Source: Heteronotia binoei (lineage: Eukaryota). From it: a stretch of 64,000 nt of DNA. A program made the translations under genes and the position numbers. The DNA is taken from contig NC_083239.1 in assembly GCF_032191835.1 (NCBI RefSeq), positions 39,370,001 through 39,434,000 on the forward strand, written 5' to 3'. Position 1 is the first letter of the stretch, and each line of letters opens with the position of its first letter. This document shows positions 23,093 to 34,418 of the stretch, in pieces. Under the pieces are notes generated by a model. It ran no database searches and was not told the origin of the DNA. It saw nothing but the letters and a program-made list of their open reading frames with translations.

Positions 23093-24020
23093 ACTATGAT
23101 GGGCACAAACCAGCTCATGAAGGAAAGTTCACAACAAATTTTGGCTGGTTAGTGGCTTGCAAACTGAAGTTCTCAAACTTGAAGACCTACCACAAACTTC
23201 CATTAATTTTAAGGCAGTTTGTAGTGGTTTGTGAAGAGCAGAAAGCAGGAGTTTAAATGGCTCAGAGCCATTTAAACTCCTGTTTCTGCTCTTCATGAAA
23301 ACAGCTGAACAGGCAGAACCCCAATGTGTGCTCCCAAAGTAAAAACTTTTGTGTGCACAAAGTGTGTGCGTGGGCACTCAGTGCCACTCTTTCAGCTCTG
23401 AGGGATCGAGAAAAAACTCGTTTGATCCCTCAAAGCCAAAGCAACACTCGGCCTTTCCCTTCCCCTGCGCCCTCAGAGGACGTCGGGGGGGGGGGGGGGA
23501 ACATGGCTCTTTCATCTCTGAGGGATGGGGGAAATTTCTCCAATCCCTCAAAGCCAAAGCAACACTCAGCCATCCCCTTCCCCTGCACCCTCAGAGGATG
23601 CAAAGGAGGGAAACGTGGCTCTTTTGACTCTGAGGGATGGGGGGAAATCCTCCGATCCCTCAAAGCTGAAGGAACACTTGGTCTTTCCCTTCCCCTGCAC
23701 CCTCAGAGGACACGGGAAGACGGAAACACAGCTCTTTCGGCTCACCTCAGAACCAAAAGAGCGGCAGAGGCTCAGGGACAACACGAGTGGGGAAGGGGCA
23801 CCCGCCCCTGCTGGGAGCTGGTGCCCTAGGCAATCACCTAGTTCGCCTACTCCCACGTGCCGGCTCTGCAGCTGAAGAGGTGGGGAGCAGAAAGCAGGAA
23901 TGACAAAGCGACACAAAGCAGTTCTGTTTGCAACCCAACCTCCTAGGCTGTATCGGTTCACGGTTCAGTTCGCCATTTGACCACAAGCCAAAACATTTTT
24001 GTGGTTTGTGCCCATCCCTA
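23093..24020. mobile_element. Non-autonomous DNA transposon (GATGGGCAC TIR) with internal minisatellite
   Basis: GATGGGCACAAACC...GGTTTGTGCCCATCCCTA ends; related ends at 51323-52264. Confidence 0.6.
23380..23730. repeat. ~117-bp minisatellite, 3 units
   Basis: CTCTGAGGGAT...ATCCCTCAAAGC...CCCTTCCCCTGC.CCCTCAGAGGA repeated three times. Confidence 0.9.
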
Positions 24021-24145
24021 ATAGTTAGTAATGTCGAGTGCCTTAAAACTTGATGCTTGCTTCAGGTTTCCTTTGTGACAGTGTTTGCTCTCTGCTCCTA
24101 GTTTGTTTTTTTTCTTATGAAAAACTTTTGATTTATATTGCTTAC

Positions 24146-24146
<1 letters not shown>

Positions 24147-24197
<51 letters not shown>
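24147..24197. repeat. (AAT)n microsatellite
   Basis: Direct reading. Confidence 0.98.
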
Positions 24198-24199
<2 letters not shown>

Positions 24200-24422
24200 T
24201 TATTCTTATATCCCGCCCTCCCCCGCCAAAGGCGGGCTCAGGGCGGCTCACAAGCATGGAATTCCATGGTTCAATAAAACAATACAATACAACAACAATT
24301 TTAAATGTGTTTACATGTGTTTATATATCAAAGATTTCAGGTTTTCACGGCTGGTAACATCATTAGGGTTTGTAGAATCTTTCGGGCTCAAGTGCCGTGT
24401 TCTACTGGAGAAAGTTTTCCTT

Positions 24423-24463
24423 CCAGACGTTTCGTTCTCAGCTGCGGAGAACATCCTCAGTGG
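24423..24463 (-). ncRNA. Minimal hammerhead ribozyme, core intact
   Basis: Minus strand reads CCA-CUGAGGA-U-GUUCUC-cgcagcu-GAGAAC-GAAA-C-GUC-UGG: catalytic core, 6-bp stem II, 3-bp stem I, palindromic ACGU stem III. Confidence 0.8.
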
Positions 24464-24733
24464 CGTTGCAGCCGGAGCAGGCGCTCTGACCTTCTTGGCT
24501 GCTGTGCATTGTGTGAGGCCAGGGCTGCTGGAGAGCTGCTATTTCTAGGCTGGAGGGGGTGGGTTCCTTATCACTACCCTTCTAGGAAGCCCCACCAAAC
24601 AATGGGCACATCTACAAACCTATTGCCCTTTACCACACCCCCTCCAGCCTAGAAATAGCAGCTCTCCAGCAGCCCTGGCCTCACTCAATGCACAGCAGCC
24701 AAGAAGGTCAGAGCGCCTGCTACGGCTGCAACG

Positions 24734-24774
24734 CCACTGAGGATGTTCTCCACAGCTGAGAACGAAACATCTGG
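24734..24774 (+). ncRNA. Hammerhead copy with stem III mutation
   Basis: Same motif, but GAAACATC instead of GAAACGTC. Confidence 0.6.
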
Positions 24775-25619
24775 AAGAAAAACTTTCTCCTGTAGAACAC
24801 GGCACTTGAGCCCGAAAGATTCTACAAACCCTAATGTGTTTATATACTTTGGATTTCTGGCAAAATATTTAAATATAAAAATGGAGAACAATGAAAAAAA
24901 ATAGCTGTAGCGGTTATATCAAGTCATTGATGGTATGAAAAACTGTGGCTTGGGTCTTTTTTTAGTTCAGTGCATGAATTGTGAGGGAAAATATATGGGG
25001 GCCCCTTATTTAATCCCACAAGCCCCACACTCTCGACTCCTCTCAATATTAGTCCCTCTCACTGGGCTTCATAAGCACAGCTGTTTTTGCAGTAGGACTG
25101 CCAATCCCCAGGTGGGGGCAGGGGATCCCCTGGTTTGGAAGCCCTCCCCCCACTTCAGGGTCATCAGAAAGTGGGAGGGAGATGTCTGCTGGCCACTCCA
25201 TTATTCGCTATGAAGATTGATTCCCCTAGAGTGTAATGGAAAATTGATCCGTGGGTATCTGGGGCTCTGGGGGGGGAGCTGTTTGTTGAGGTAGAGGCAC
25301 CAAACTTTGAGCATAGCATCTGCTGACTCTCCTCAAAACACCCTCCGAGTTTCAAAAAGATTGGGCCAGGGGATCCAATTCTATGAACCCCAAAAGAAGG
25401 TGGCCTTATTCTTCATTATTCCGAATGGAGGTAAGGCATTTAAAAGTTGTGTGGTCCCTTTCAATACGATGGCCAGAACGCCCTTTGGAGTTCAATTGTA
25501 CTTGCCACACCTTTGCTCCTGGTTCCACCCCCAAAGTCTCCTAGCTCCACCCCCAAAGTCCCCAAATATTTCTTGAGTCGGACTTGGCAACTCTATTTTG
25601 CAGAATGATAAGCCAAGTG

Positions 25620-26385
25620 CCATCAAGTCCCTGCTGATTTATGGTGGCCTTATGAATTAACGACTTCCAAAATGTGTTATCATTCACATCCTTGCTCGGG
25701 CCTCACAAACTGAGGGCTGTGGCTTCCTTGACTGAGTCAATCCATTCAATGTTGAGTCTTCCTTTTTTGCTGCTGCCTTCAACTTCTCCTGGCTTTATTG
25801 TCTTCTCCAGCGAGTCTTGTCTTCTTGTAATGTGACCAAAGTACAACAGCCTCAGTTTAGTCATGTTAGCTTCTAGGGGGAATTCAGGCTTGGTTTGATT
25901 TAGAACCCATTTTTTTTTTTTTTGTCTTTTTGGTGGTCCACAGTATCCATAAAACTTTCCTCCAATAAAAAAGGTCAAGGTAGTCCCCTGTGCAAGCACC
26001 AGTCGTTTCCAACTCTGGAGTGATGTCACATCACGTTTTCATGGCAGACTTTTTTTTTACGGGGTGGTTTGCCATGGCCTTCCCCAGTCATCTACGCTTC
26101 TCCCCCGCCCCAGCAAGCTGGGTACTCATTTTACTGACCTCGGAAGGATGGAAGGCTGAGTCAACCTGGAGCTGGCTACCTGAATCCAGCTTCAGCCAGG
26201 ATCGAACTCAGGTCGTGAGCAGAGAGTTCGGATTGCAGTACTGCAGCTTTACCACTTTGCGCCACGGGGCTGTTTTTCCTCCAATACCACACTTCAAATG
26301 AGTCTACATTCTTCCTATATGCTTTCTTTATTATCCAGATTTCACATTCATACATAGCAATGGGGGAATATACCACAGTCATTTA
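25620..26385 (-). mobile_element. RTE-clade LINE 3' fragment interrupted by a Sauria SINE
   Basis: YECEIWIIKKA..DSFEVWYWR, then KPEFPLEANMTKLRLLYFGHITRRQDSLEK. The SINE at ~25968-26274 has a 12-bp TSD TTTCCTCCAATA. Confidence 0.85.
25968..26274 (-). mobile_element. Sauria SINE
   Basis: Reverse complement of the 18153-18456 family; TSD at 25956-25967 and 26275-26286. Confidence 0.92.
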
Positions 26386-26754
26386 CCTCCTTGCTTGTTT
26401 GCAGTTCTCTAAAGTTTAACTATAATCATTACAATATCTTCAGTTTACCCGCTAATCTTTGCTCTCCCTCTTGTTCCTTTGTTATCTCAGCTATTTTAAT
26501 CTTGTTTCCCGTCACTTGACATTTTCTTGTTAAGTCCTTATCGTTCTCGTGATGGCATGTCGATTTTTATCCCTTCTCACACCAAGGTTCCCCACCCACT
26601 CCGCATCATGCTTTTTTGATTCCTGGTTGTCCTTTTCTGTATTAATTGACTTTCGCAACAGATGGCCTTTTGGGTGATACAGTGGTGTGGATTTTATTAC
26701 AGAGAGAGGCTGCAGTTTTTCAGGCAGGGATTCTGAAACCACAACAAGCTAATC

Positions 26755-27015
26755 TTTTGAGCCTTGTCCCAGTCTCACGCTCCTCTCCTCCACAGGGCTT
26801 CTGTCTGATTTTGAACAAGCTACTGCTGGGCTGCAACTCACTCCGCAAGCAGAAACTTCCTGTGGCAAGCAGAAACTCGTTTTCAGAGGATCTTGCTTGC
26901 CATGCAAAAGAGGCAGAGCGAATCGCAGCCCCGCGGCAGCTTGTGTGAAATCGGAAGAAAGCCCTGTGGAGAAGCAGAGTGTGAGACCAGGACAAGGCTA
27001 GTGGGGAATTGGTCC
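26755..27015. mobile_element. MITE with long inverted arms (possibly PIF/Harbinger)
   Basis: ~85-bp arms AGCCTTGTCC.. / ..GGACAAGGCT; the terminal motif AAGGCTAGTGGGGAAT recurs at ~43445 and ~43855. Confidence 0.55.
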
Positions 27016-28452
27016 AGGGCATCTTTCCTCTCAGAGCAGCATGCACTAGACAGCCTGGTTGCCTCCCAATCCATATGCTGGCCCTCCTCCTCCTCTCTCA
27101 CCCATTGGCCCCATTCCTTTATTGGCAAATCACTATGTCCAGGATTTGGGGGGGAATGGCTGAGGACTCTGCTGGTGGGGGGGGGCACAGATAGGCAGGT
27201 GTAGCTTCCACAATGGGGGCCCAGGCAAGCAGATGATGGGGGGAGGCAAGCAGAAATCCATCAATGTGGGGGGGGAGGAGACGAGACAAGATCTGATGAT
27301 GTTGGGGAAGGTGAGACAAGAGCAGAGAGCCAACAATATGGGGGGAAGGAGAGCAGATACCTGACCATATGGGGCAGGATGGTGAGAGGGCAAGCAGAGA
27401 GTTGAAATAAAAAATATGACGTAAAGAAAATAAAGTTTTGGGGGGAAGAGGAGAAAAGGTGAAAAGGGAAAACATATAGGTGGGGAGATGAGGAAAACCA
27501 GGGCTTTTTTTGTAGCAGGAACTCCTTTGCATGTTAGGCCACACACCCTTGATGCAGCCAATCCTCTTGGAGCTTCCAGTAGGTCCTGTACTAAGAGCCC
27601 TGTAAGCTCTTGGAGGATTGGCTACAGCAGGGGTGTGTGGCCTAATATGCAAAGGAGTTCCTGTTACAAAAAAAGCCCTGGAGGAAACAAAAAGGGTGAG
27701 TGTGTAGGCATAGAAGCTGCCTAAACAAAAAGGGGGGAAACCAAGAAAGAAAAAAGTGGGGTAACCTCCTGTGAGTCCTGACAGATCCTCTACTTGTCTA
27801 CATACTGATAGCAAAGTTGGTCAATTTTTCGGATACTTAAATCAAGTGACTGGGACTGTGAGCAGGTAAGACAGATTTTTCTACAAATCTGAATAGAGCC
27901 CTGTGTATGCAGAAAATGTGAAATCTAAAAGAAAAATACATTTGGAGTTTTTAACCCCCCCCCCCCCCAAAAAAAAAAAAATGATAAAAAGGAACACCTG
28001 CACATTTCAACAACATAATCTCTCAGTGGCTGTTGCTAGGCAATCACAGCATTCTAAGCTCGGTGCTGTCAAAACAAGAGAGGGGGAGGGACCTTTCCAG
28101 GCATATTTTGGCCTTTGAGGGATGACTCAATGGGGCCAGACCTAACTAGGGTTGCCAGCTTCAGGTTGGGAAATTCCTGGGAATTCTGTGGCAGAGTCTG
28201 AGGAGAGCAGGATTTGAGGAGAAGAGAAGCCTCATCAGGATGTAACACCATGGAGTCCACTGTTCAAAGCAAGCATTTTCTCCAGGGTGACAAATGTCTG
28301 TTGTCTGGAGTTCAGTTGTAATACTGGTATATCCCCAGGTCCCACTTAGAAGTTGGCAACCTTAGGCCTGGCAGCAACCTCTGAATGACTTGATACCAGC
28401 TGACTTGCATACCTCAACTGGGCCTGGTTGCTTACTATTGTTCAACAGCAGC

Positions 28453-29249
28453 TAGGCTTCCCAACCCTCCCGCCCTGGCGGGGGACCCCAGAATTTCCAG
28501 CCTCTTCCCCCGCTCCCCAAAAAAATGGAAGCGGGGGAGGGGGGAAACGGCACCAAGGAGCGTGGCGAGCTGCCCCATCTTGGAGCGGGCGATGCTGCTG
28601 CGCTGCTGCCGCCTTTTCTCCGCTCACCGTAGCTGCTCCTCCGAGATGGGCTCAGGCTGAGCCCATCTCGGAAGAGCAGCTAAGGTGAAGCAGAGAAGAG
28701 GCGGCAGCAGCGCAGTGGCATCGCCCACTCCACTCCGCCTCTGAGGTAAAATCAGAGGAGGGGAGGGTGGAGGCAGGCCAGGAGCGTGGCGAGCCGCGAA
28801 TCTGGGTCCTTCTAGGACCCGGACTCGCAGCTCGCCACGCTCTTGGCCTGCCTCCACCCTCCCCTTCTCTGATTTCACCTCAGAGGCGGAGCAGAGTGGG
28901 CGACGCCACTGCGCTGCCGCCTTTTCTCCGCTTCACCATAGCTGCTCCTCCGAGATGGGCTCAGCCTGAGCCCCTCTCAGAGGAGCAGCTACAGTGAGCG
29001 GAGAAGAGGCGGCAGCTGCGCAGCAGCGTCGCCCGCTCCGCTCCGCCTCTGAGGTGAAATCAGAGAAGGGGAGGGTGGAGGGAAGGAAGGCATTTAAAAA
29101 GTTGTGAGGTCCCTTTAATAGTGATGGACAGAACTCCCTTTGGAGTTCAATTGTGCTTGTCACACCCTTGCTCCTAGCTCCACCCCAGTGTCTCCTGGCT
29201 CCACCCCCAAAGTCCCCAGATATTTCTGGAATTGGACTTGGCAACCCTA
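28453..29249. mobile_element. Non-autonomous hAT element with multiple internal palindromes
   Basis: Ends TAGGCTTCCCA...TGGCAACCCTA; perfect 8-bp TSD ACAGCAGC (28445-28452, 29250-29257). Confidence 0.92.
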
Positions 29250-29959
29250 ACAGCAGCCAAAATCTTCAAGTCAGTGTGGAATAGTGGTTACAGCTTCAGA
29301 GTCTGGTGTGGGAGACCAGGTTTGAATCCCCATCTTGTTGTTGAAGCTCACTTGGGTGGTTTTGGACCCGTCACATTTCAGCCCAACGTACCTCACAGGG
29401 ACTCTGCTGGGGGTGGGGCACAGATAGGCATGTGTAGCTTCCTCAATGGGGGCCCAGGCAAGCAGATGATGGGGGGAGGCAAGCAGAAATCCATAAAGAG
29501 GAGAGGAGAATAATGTCTTGGTCCCTGCTGTGGAGACTAGTGGAATATAAAGGAAGTAAAAAAAATAAATATAGCTGAAGAAGGGAGGCAAATACATGGT
29601 AGGCTGGTGAATGACTGAGAACAAGAAAATGAGGCAGGTAAAGGCAGGCCTCAGATTCAGCAGGAGCTCACAAGAGCACAGCTCCTGAACCTTTCTGAGG
29701 GTTCCCCCTCCTCCTCCCACCTTGTCCATTGAATAGTAGATGCAACTGCATAACAATCCCTGGATGAGCTCCACCACCTATTTTTCTACAAAGCCACCCC
29801 TGGGTAAAGTGGAGAGGATATGGGAGTAACCAGGGGCAGGAAAGAGAAAATGTGGGGCAGGGCATACAGAGGAAAGTGAGGTGCCATGACTGTTCAGCTA
29901 AAATTGACTGAAAGAATATTTGATTTAAAAATGCCTCATCTTGTACTCTGTTCCCTTTC

Positions 29960-30282
29960 CTAACAACAGAGACTCAGGCACACACAATTATCATGAGTAA
30001 CTGCGTAACGCTACCCAACTTCCTGCCCTCCCAAACCCACACTGCTTAGAGGATGATGTAGATTAATCACACACGCACACACACAGAGAGAGATTGCCAT
30101 ATAGAATCAAAAGCAAAGGGAGAGAATAAGGAGGTGGAAACGGAACAGCAAAAGACACTGGCCGCTGTGGACAGAAATTGAAGAAGCCATCTTTTCTCCT
30201 TTCCAGATTCCTTGCACTATTACTCTGAGGACAATCCAGCGCTGGATTGTGGGACATTGTTTCACTTCACTCCAGGTCAGTG
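29960..30282 (+). promoter_or_regulatory. Putative promoter / non-coding exon 1 of paralog B
   Basis: Not recognisably TE-derived; homologous to 37716-38048; C/EBP-like TGCGTAA (30002), Ets ACTTCCTG (30018), donor CAG|GTCAGT at 30276. Confidence 0.4.
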
Positions 30283-31093
30283 GCTAGGGTTGCCAGGTCT
30301 GTGTTGGAAAATACCTGGAGTCTTTGGGGGTGGATCCAGGAGAGGGTGGAGTTTGAGGAGGGGAGAACCCTCAGCATGGCATAGTGCCCTAGAGTCCACC
30401 CTTCCAAGTAGCCATTTCCTCCAGGGGAGCTGATCTCTGCCAGCTGGAGATCAGTTGTAAAAGCAAGAGACCTCCAGGCCCCACCTGGAGGCTGTGTAAA
30501 CCAAACAGAGAGTCACAGCTAAGAGCAGAAAAAGAAAACCCAGAAGGATTACATGATAACCAGCCTCACAAAAGAAAAAAAAAACCCTGATCCAATAAAT
30601 TAGAGATTCTCAATATTCTCTTATCACTCTCATACAAAATGTCTTCCACAAGTCATACCCTGACAGCAAACACCATTATAGAGTGCAACAGAAGGACATA
30701 AATGAAATGCAGTCCAATCCTGGAAAAACACCAGAAAAATCCTTCCATTTGTAAAGGTGTCCCCAGTCCAATTCCTGAAGAGACTATGTGATGGTAAAAA
30801 TTCCACAAAGTTCAGTAGTCTTGTACTGTAGTCTTTAGGAACATAGCAAACACAGCGACGAGGTAGTACCTTTATCTTCCCTCATTTCGATAGAAGCTTG
30901 GACCAGCTTTTCTAACAATGTCAGAGCATGGCAAAATTCCAGAATTTTAGTACACAATTAAGTTTCAATTTACAGGTCTTGACTGGGTGCTTCCCAGTCT
31001 GTGATTTGGGACCCAAAATTGGATTGCAAACAATGTTCCCTCTAAACTTCAGTCTTGTGAGCAACAATTCTACTTTGTGAGCTACTGGCATTA

Positions 31094-31868
31094 CCATACC
31101 ATACCATACCAAACCTTTAATAGCATAACAGTTGCAAATAAAAATACACAGAATATAAAAATTTAAACATTGGAGATAAAATCAAAATGAAACCGAGCTT
31201 ACAGATGCATTCATACATGGTCAGATTTAAATTTAAAGATGTCAGTCAAAAATTTTGCCACCGCCTCGCTAACCTCCCCCTCAGTATTGTTCAATAAATA
31301 ATAACAGGGTGGCAGAATAGACAATACTGGGGAGAAAGAAAGCTTGCAAAATAAATCTTTTTGGAGATTATGATAAAAGGAACAATCAAGCAATATATGC
31401 TGAATTGAGTCGGGAATATTAGCTCCACAGGAACAGAGTCTGTTGAACATATGAAGCTGCCTTATACTGAATCAGATCCTTGGTCCATCAAAGTCAGTAT
31501 TGTCTTCTCAGACTGGCAGCGGCTCTCCAGGGTCTCAAGCTGAGGATTTTCACGCCTACTTGCCTGGACCCTTTTTGGAGATACCAGGGATTGAACCTGG
31601 GACCTTCTGCTTACCAAGCAGATGCTCTACCACTGAGCCACAGTCCCTCCTGTTGCCTAAAGGGACTCGATGACATCTCCCGTGTAAAACTTTGGAGGGA
31701 AACGCATTTAGTCTAGCCAACATAAATGCCCTGCGATGACTTGGAATGGTTAAGTTTGATAGATAATGGGGCATTTTGCCGCAGAAAGCATAAAGACCTA
31801 AGGAAGCTGGGGAGCAAATATAAGGGTCTGTTGGATGTAGTTTCGTTTCCTCCGACTCCAACAGTCTC
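31094..31868 (-). mobile_element. RTE-X-like LINE 3' fragment inside a MITE, itself carrying a SINE
   Basis: RRAFMLARLNAFPS..LCSCG..QHILLDC translation; (GGTAT)n tail; 14-bp TSD AGCTACTGGCATTA (31080-31093, 31869-31882). Confidence 0.85.
31446..31649 (-). mobile_element. tRNA-derived SINE
   Basis: Head GGGACTGTGGCTCAGTGGTAGAGC..GGTTCAATCCC; TSD CTGTTG; second copy at 50808-51010 (+). Confidence 0.85.
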
Positions 31869-32324
31869 AGCTACTGGCATTAAAGTTGTGAGCTACTGCA
31901 TAAATTAGTGTGCTCTGGGGTCATCCTTCCTGAGCTAAGACAAAAATGTGTGAGCTGGAGGCTAAAAATCTGTGAGCTGGCTCACACTAATTCAGCGTAG
32001 AGGGAACACTGATTGAAAAGCCTCTGATGGTGAATCATGAGCCATCCCTCCCCTTTCCATTACTCTCTTTTGCAAACCAAAATCTGACCCTGGAAACAGT
32101 ATCTTCCATGACATACATTAGTTCCTATTTTTTCTTCACTGCATATGCACATTGATAAAATAAAACATGTCCCGATGGTTATATAGCATGCTTCTTGGAA
32201 TCATACAGGGGATTAGAGGGGCTAATGAAGAAAGAAAGGGAGGTCAAAGGCTGGATTGTTCAGGGCTTTTTTGTAGCAGGAGCTCCTTAGCATATTAGGC
32301 TACACCATATTAGGCTACACTATT

Positions 32325-32518
32325 TCTCCAGCCTAGAAATAGCAGCTCTCCAGCAGCCCTGGCCTCACTCAATGCATAGCAGCCAAGAAGGTCAAAGCGC
32401 CTGCTCTGGCTGCAACGCCACTGAGGATGTTCTCCGCAGCCAAGAACGAAATGTCTGGAAGAAAAACTTTCTCCAGTAGAACACGGCACTTGAGCCCGAA
32501 AGATTCTACAAACCCTAA
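32325..32518 (+). mobile_element. Penelope-like pLTR copy with decayed hammerhead (32418-32458)
   Basis: Near-identical to 24645-24833 and ends at the same AAACCCTAA point. Confidence 0.8.
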
Positions 32519-34418
32519 CAAACCATAGTTTTGCAGAGCCCCAAAGTGTATGATTCTTGGTTCCCTCCACTGAATCCTAAAACGGCTGCTGCAGAAGAGT
32601 TCCAGCTGCATTTGCAGGAACAACAGGAAAAAAACCTTACCTTTTCGCCGAGAACTCTGCATCTGCCATGCTTCCTTGTTGGAGGCTATTTGTATCCTTT
32701 CACAAAGTAAAAGTGTCTTTCCAGAAAGCCTCCCCCCCCCCCCCCCAATTCCTTTTGTCAGCCGTTACAGGGACTTATGACAAGCATGCCTATTGAAAAC
32801 AATAGCAGGAGGGCCTTGCTGCCTAAAGGCCAAAAATGCCTATTGATTTGCATAGGTGCCATTGAAATAAAGCACCCAGAAGTTTCAAAGAAAAGGTGGA
32901 CTGGATTAAAAGAAACTTCCCTGGACCTGGAATGAGATCCTCCGGAGTGGAATGATGATTCCTGGGAGTAGAAATGATGTCAGCCCTGTTGAGTTTGCAC
33001 TGCTACAGTAGCATTAGGTTCTGCTGGGCATTCTGTAGATTCCCATATGAAGGGCTTTTTTTGTAGCAGGAACTCCTTTGCATAATTAAGCCACACACCC
33101 CTGATGCAGCCATTCCTCAAAGAACTTACAGTAGGCCCTGTACTAAGAGCCCTGTAAGCTTTTGGAGGATTGGCTACATCAGGGGTGTGTGGCTTATTAT
33201 GCTAAGGAGTTCCTGCTACAAAAAAAAAAAGCCCTGGCCATATGTTATGTAACATGTTATGCTGGACTTGCACAAGTTCCCATCCCTCTCATTTTCAGTT
33301 TCTATTGCAGAGATTTTTCTGGTTTTACTTTGGTTCTGTTGGGCTTGCACTGCCACAGTGACACTGGGTTCTGCTGAGCTTCTGCACATTGCCATTTGTT
33401 CGGCTGGGCTTGCAAAATGCCCCCCCCCCCTTCGGTTTCTACTGTAGAGATTCTTTGGTTTGACTTTGGTTCTATTTTGCTTGGCACATTACCTTGTGGT
33501 ACTACTGAGATTATTGGGTTCTGGAATGGTTCTATTGAGCTTGTTGCTGGTTCTTCCAAGGGAGACATTTGACCAGTGGTTGCTGTTTGCAGGCACTGAT
33601 GCTTTCACCCTGGAAGTAACTTCGAGGTTTTCCCTTCTCCATAGGAAATAATGGAGGATTGCTGGGGGCAGTTTGTTCAGAGGCCCATCTAATTGGACTC
33701 CATGGTCCCATCTACTTGAAATCTGGTGGTTTTATAAAAGATAGGTGCTAGAAGCCCTGGTGCAATTTTGGTGCATTTATCTTTAAAAACAACCCTCCAG
33801 GCCAAATTGATGGGGAATATAGACCCCAAAAATTCAGATATCTTCCCAAACGCAAACACACACAAACACAATCCAAATCCAAATACCATATCAGTATTTG
33901 GAATTCAGGAATCTTGGGAATATTGATGGTCAGAGCATTTTTTGTAGAAAAAGCCCAGAATGAACTCATTTGCATATTAGGCCACACCCCTGACATCGCC
34001 ATGGTTTTGTAGAAAAAGCCCAGCAGGAACTCATTTGTGTATTAAGCCACACCCCCTGATGCCAAGACAACCAGAACTGCATTCTAGTGCCTTCCTGCTC
34101 AAGAAAAGCCCTGCTGATGGTTTTTTGGTCCAATATATCTGAAACGGGGTGGGGGGAACCTGATTTTTATTTTTATTTTGCACGCCCTAAGTCGAATGCT
34201 TCTGATAGCCAGATGCTGGGCACACATTCAAGGGCAAAACTGTCCTTTTCATGGACTGCTTGTGAAGCTCCACCAGCAATTGGTTAGTTGCTGTTGGATA
34301 CTGATTACTCAAGTAGGTGGACAATGGTCTGACCCCACTAGGCACTACTTATGTTCTTGTGCTTTTCATCCAGGAGAAGATAGAGGACAAGACTGAAAGA
34401 AAACCTCCCTGAAAGGAA

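Larger units (their letters stand above)
24328..24833. mobile_element. Penelope-like insertion with inverted pLTR
   Basis: ~200-bp inverted arms (about 24352-24560 and 24640-24833); 13-bp TSD ATGTGTTTATATA (24315-24327, 24834-24846); hammerhead core in each arm. Confidence 0.82.

Noticed and set aside
23380-23730. CRISPR-like array
   Set aside because: Vertebrate context; whole units are similar with no unique spacers; no cas genes.
31446-31649. tRNA gene (also 50808-50880 and other SINE heads)
   Set aside because: The tRNA-like head lacks a proper acceptor stem and terminator and continues into a SINE body with TSD.
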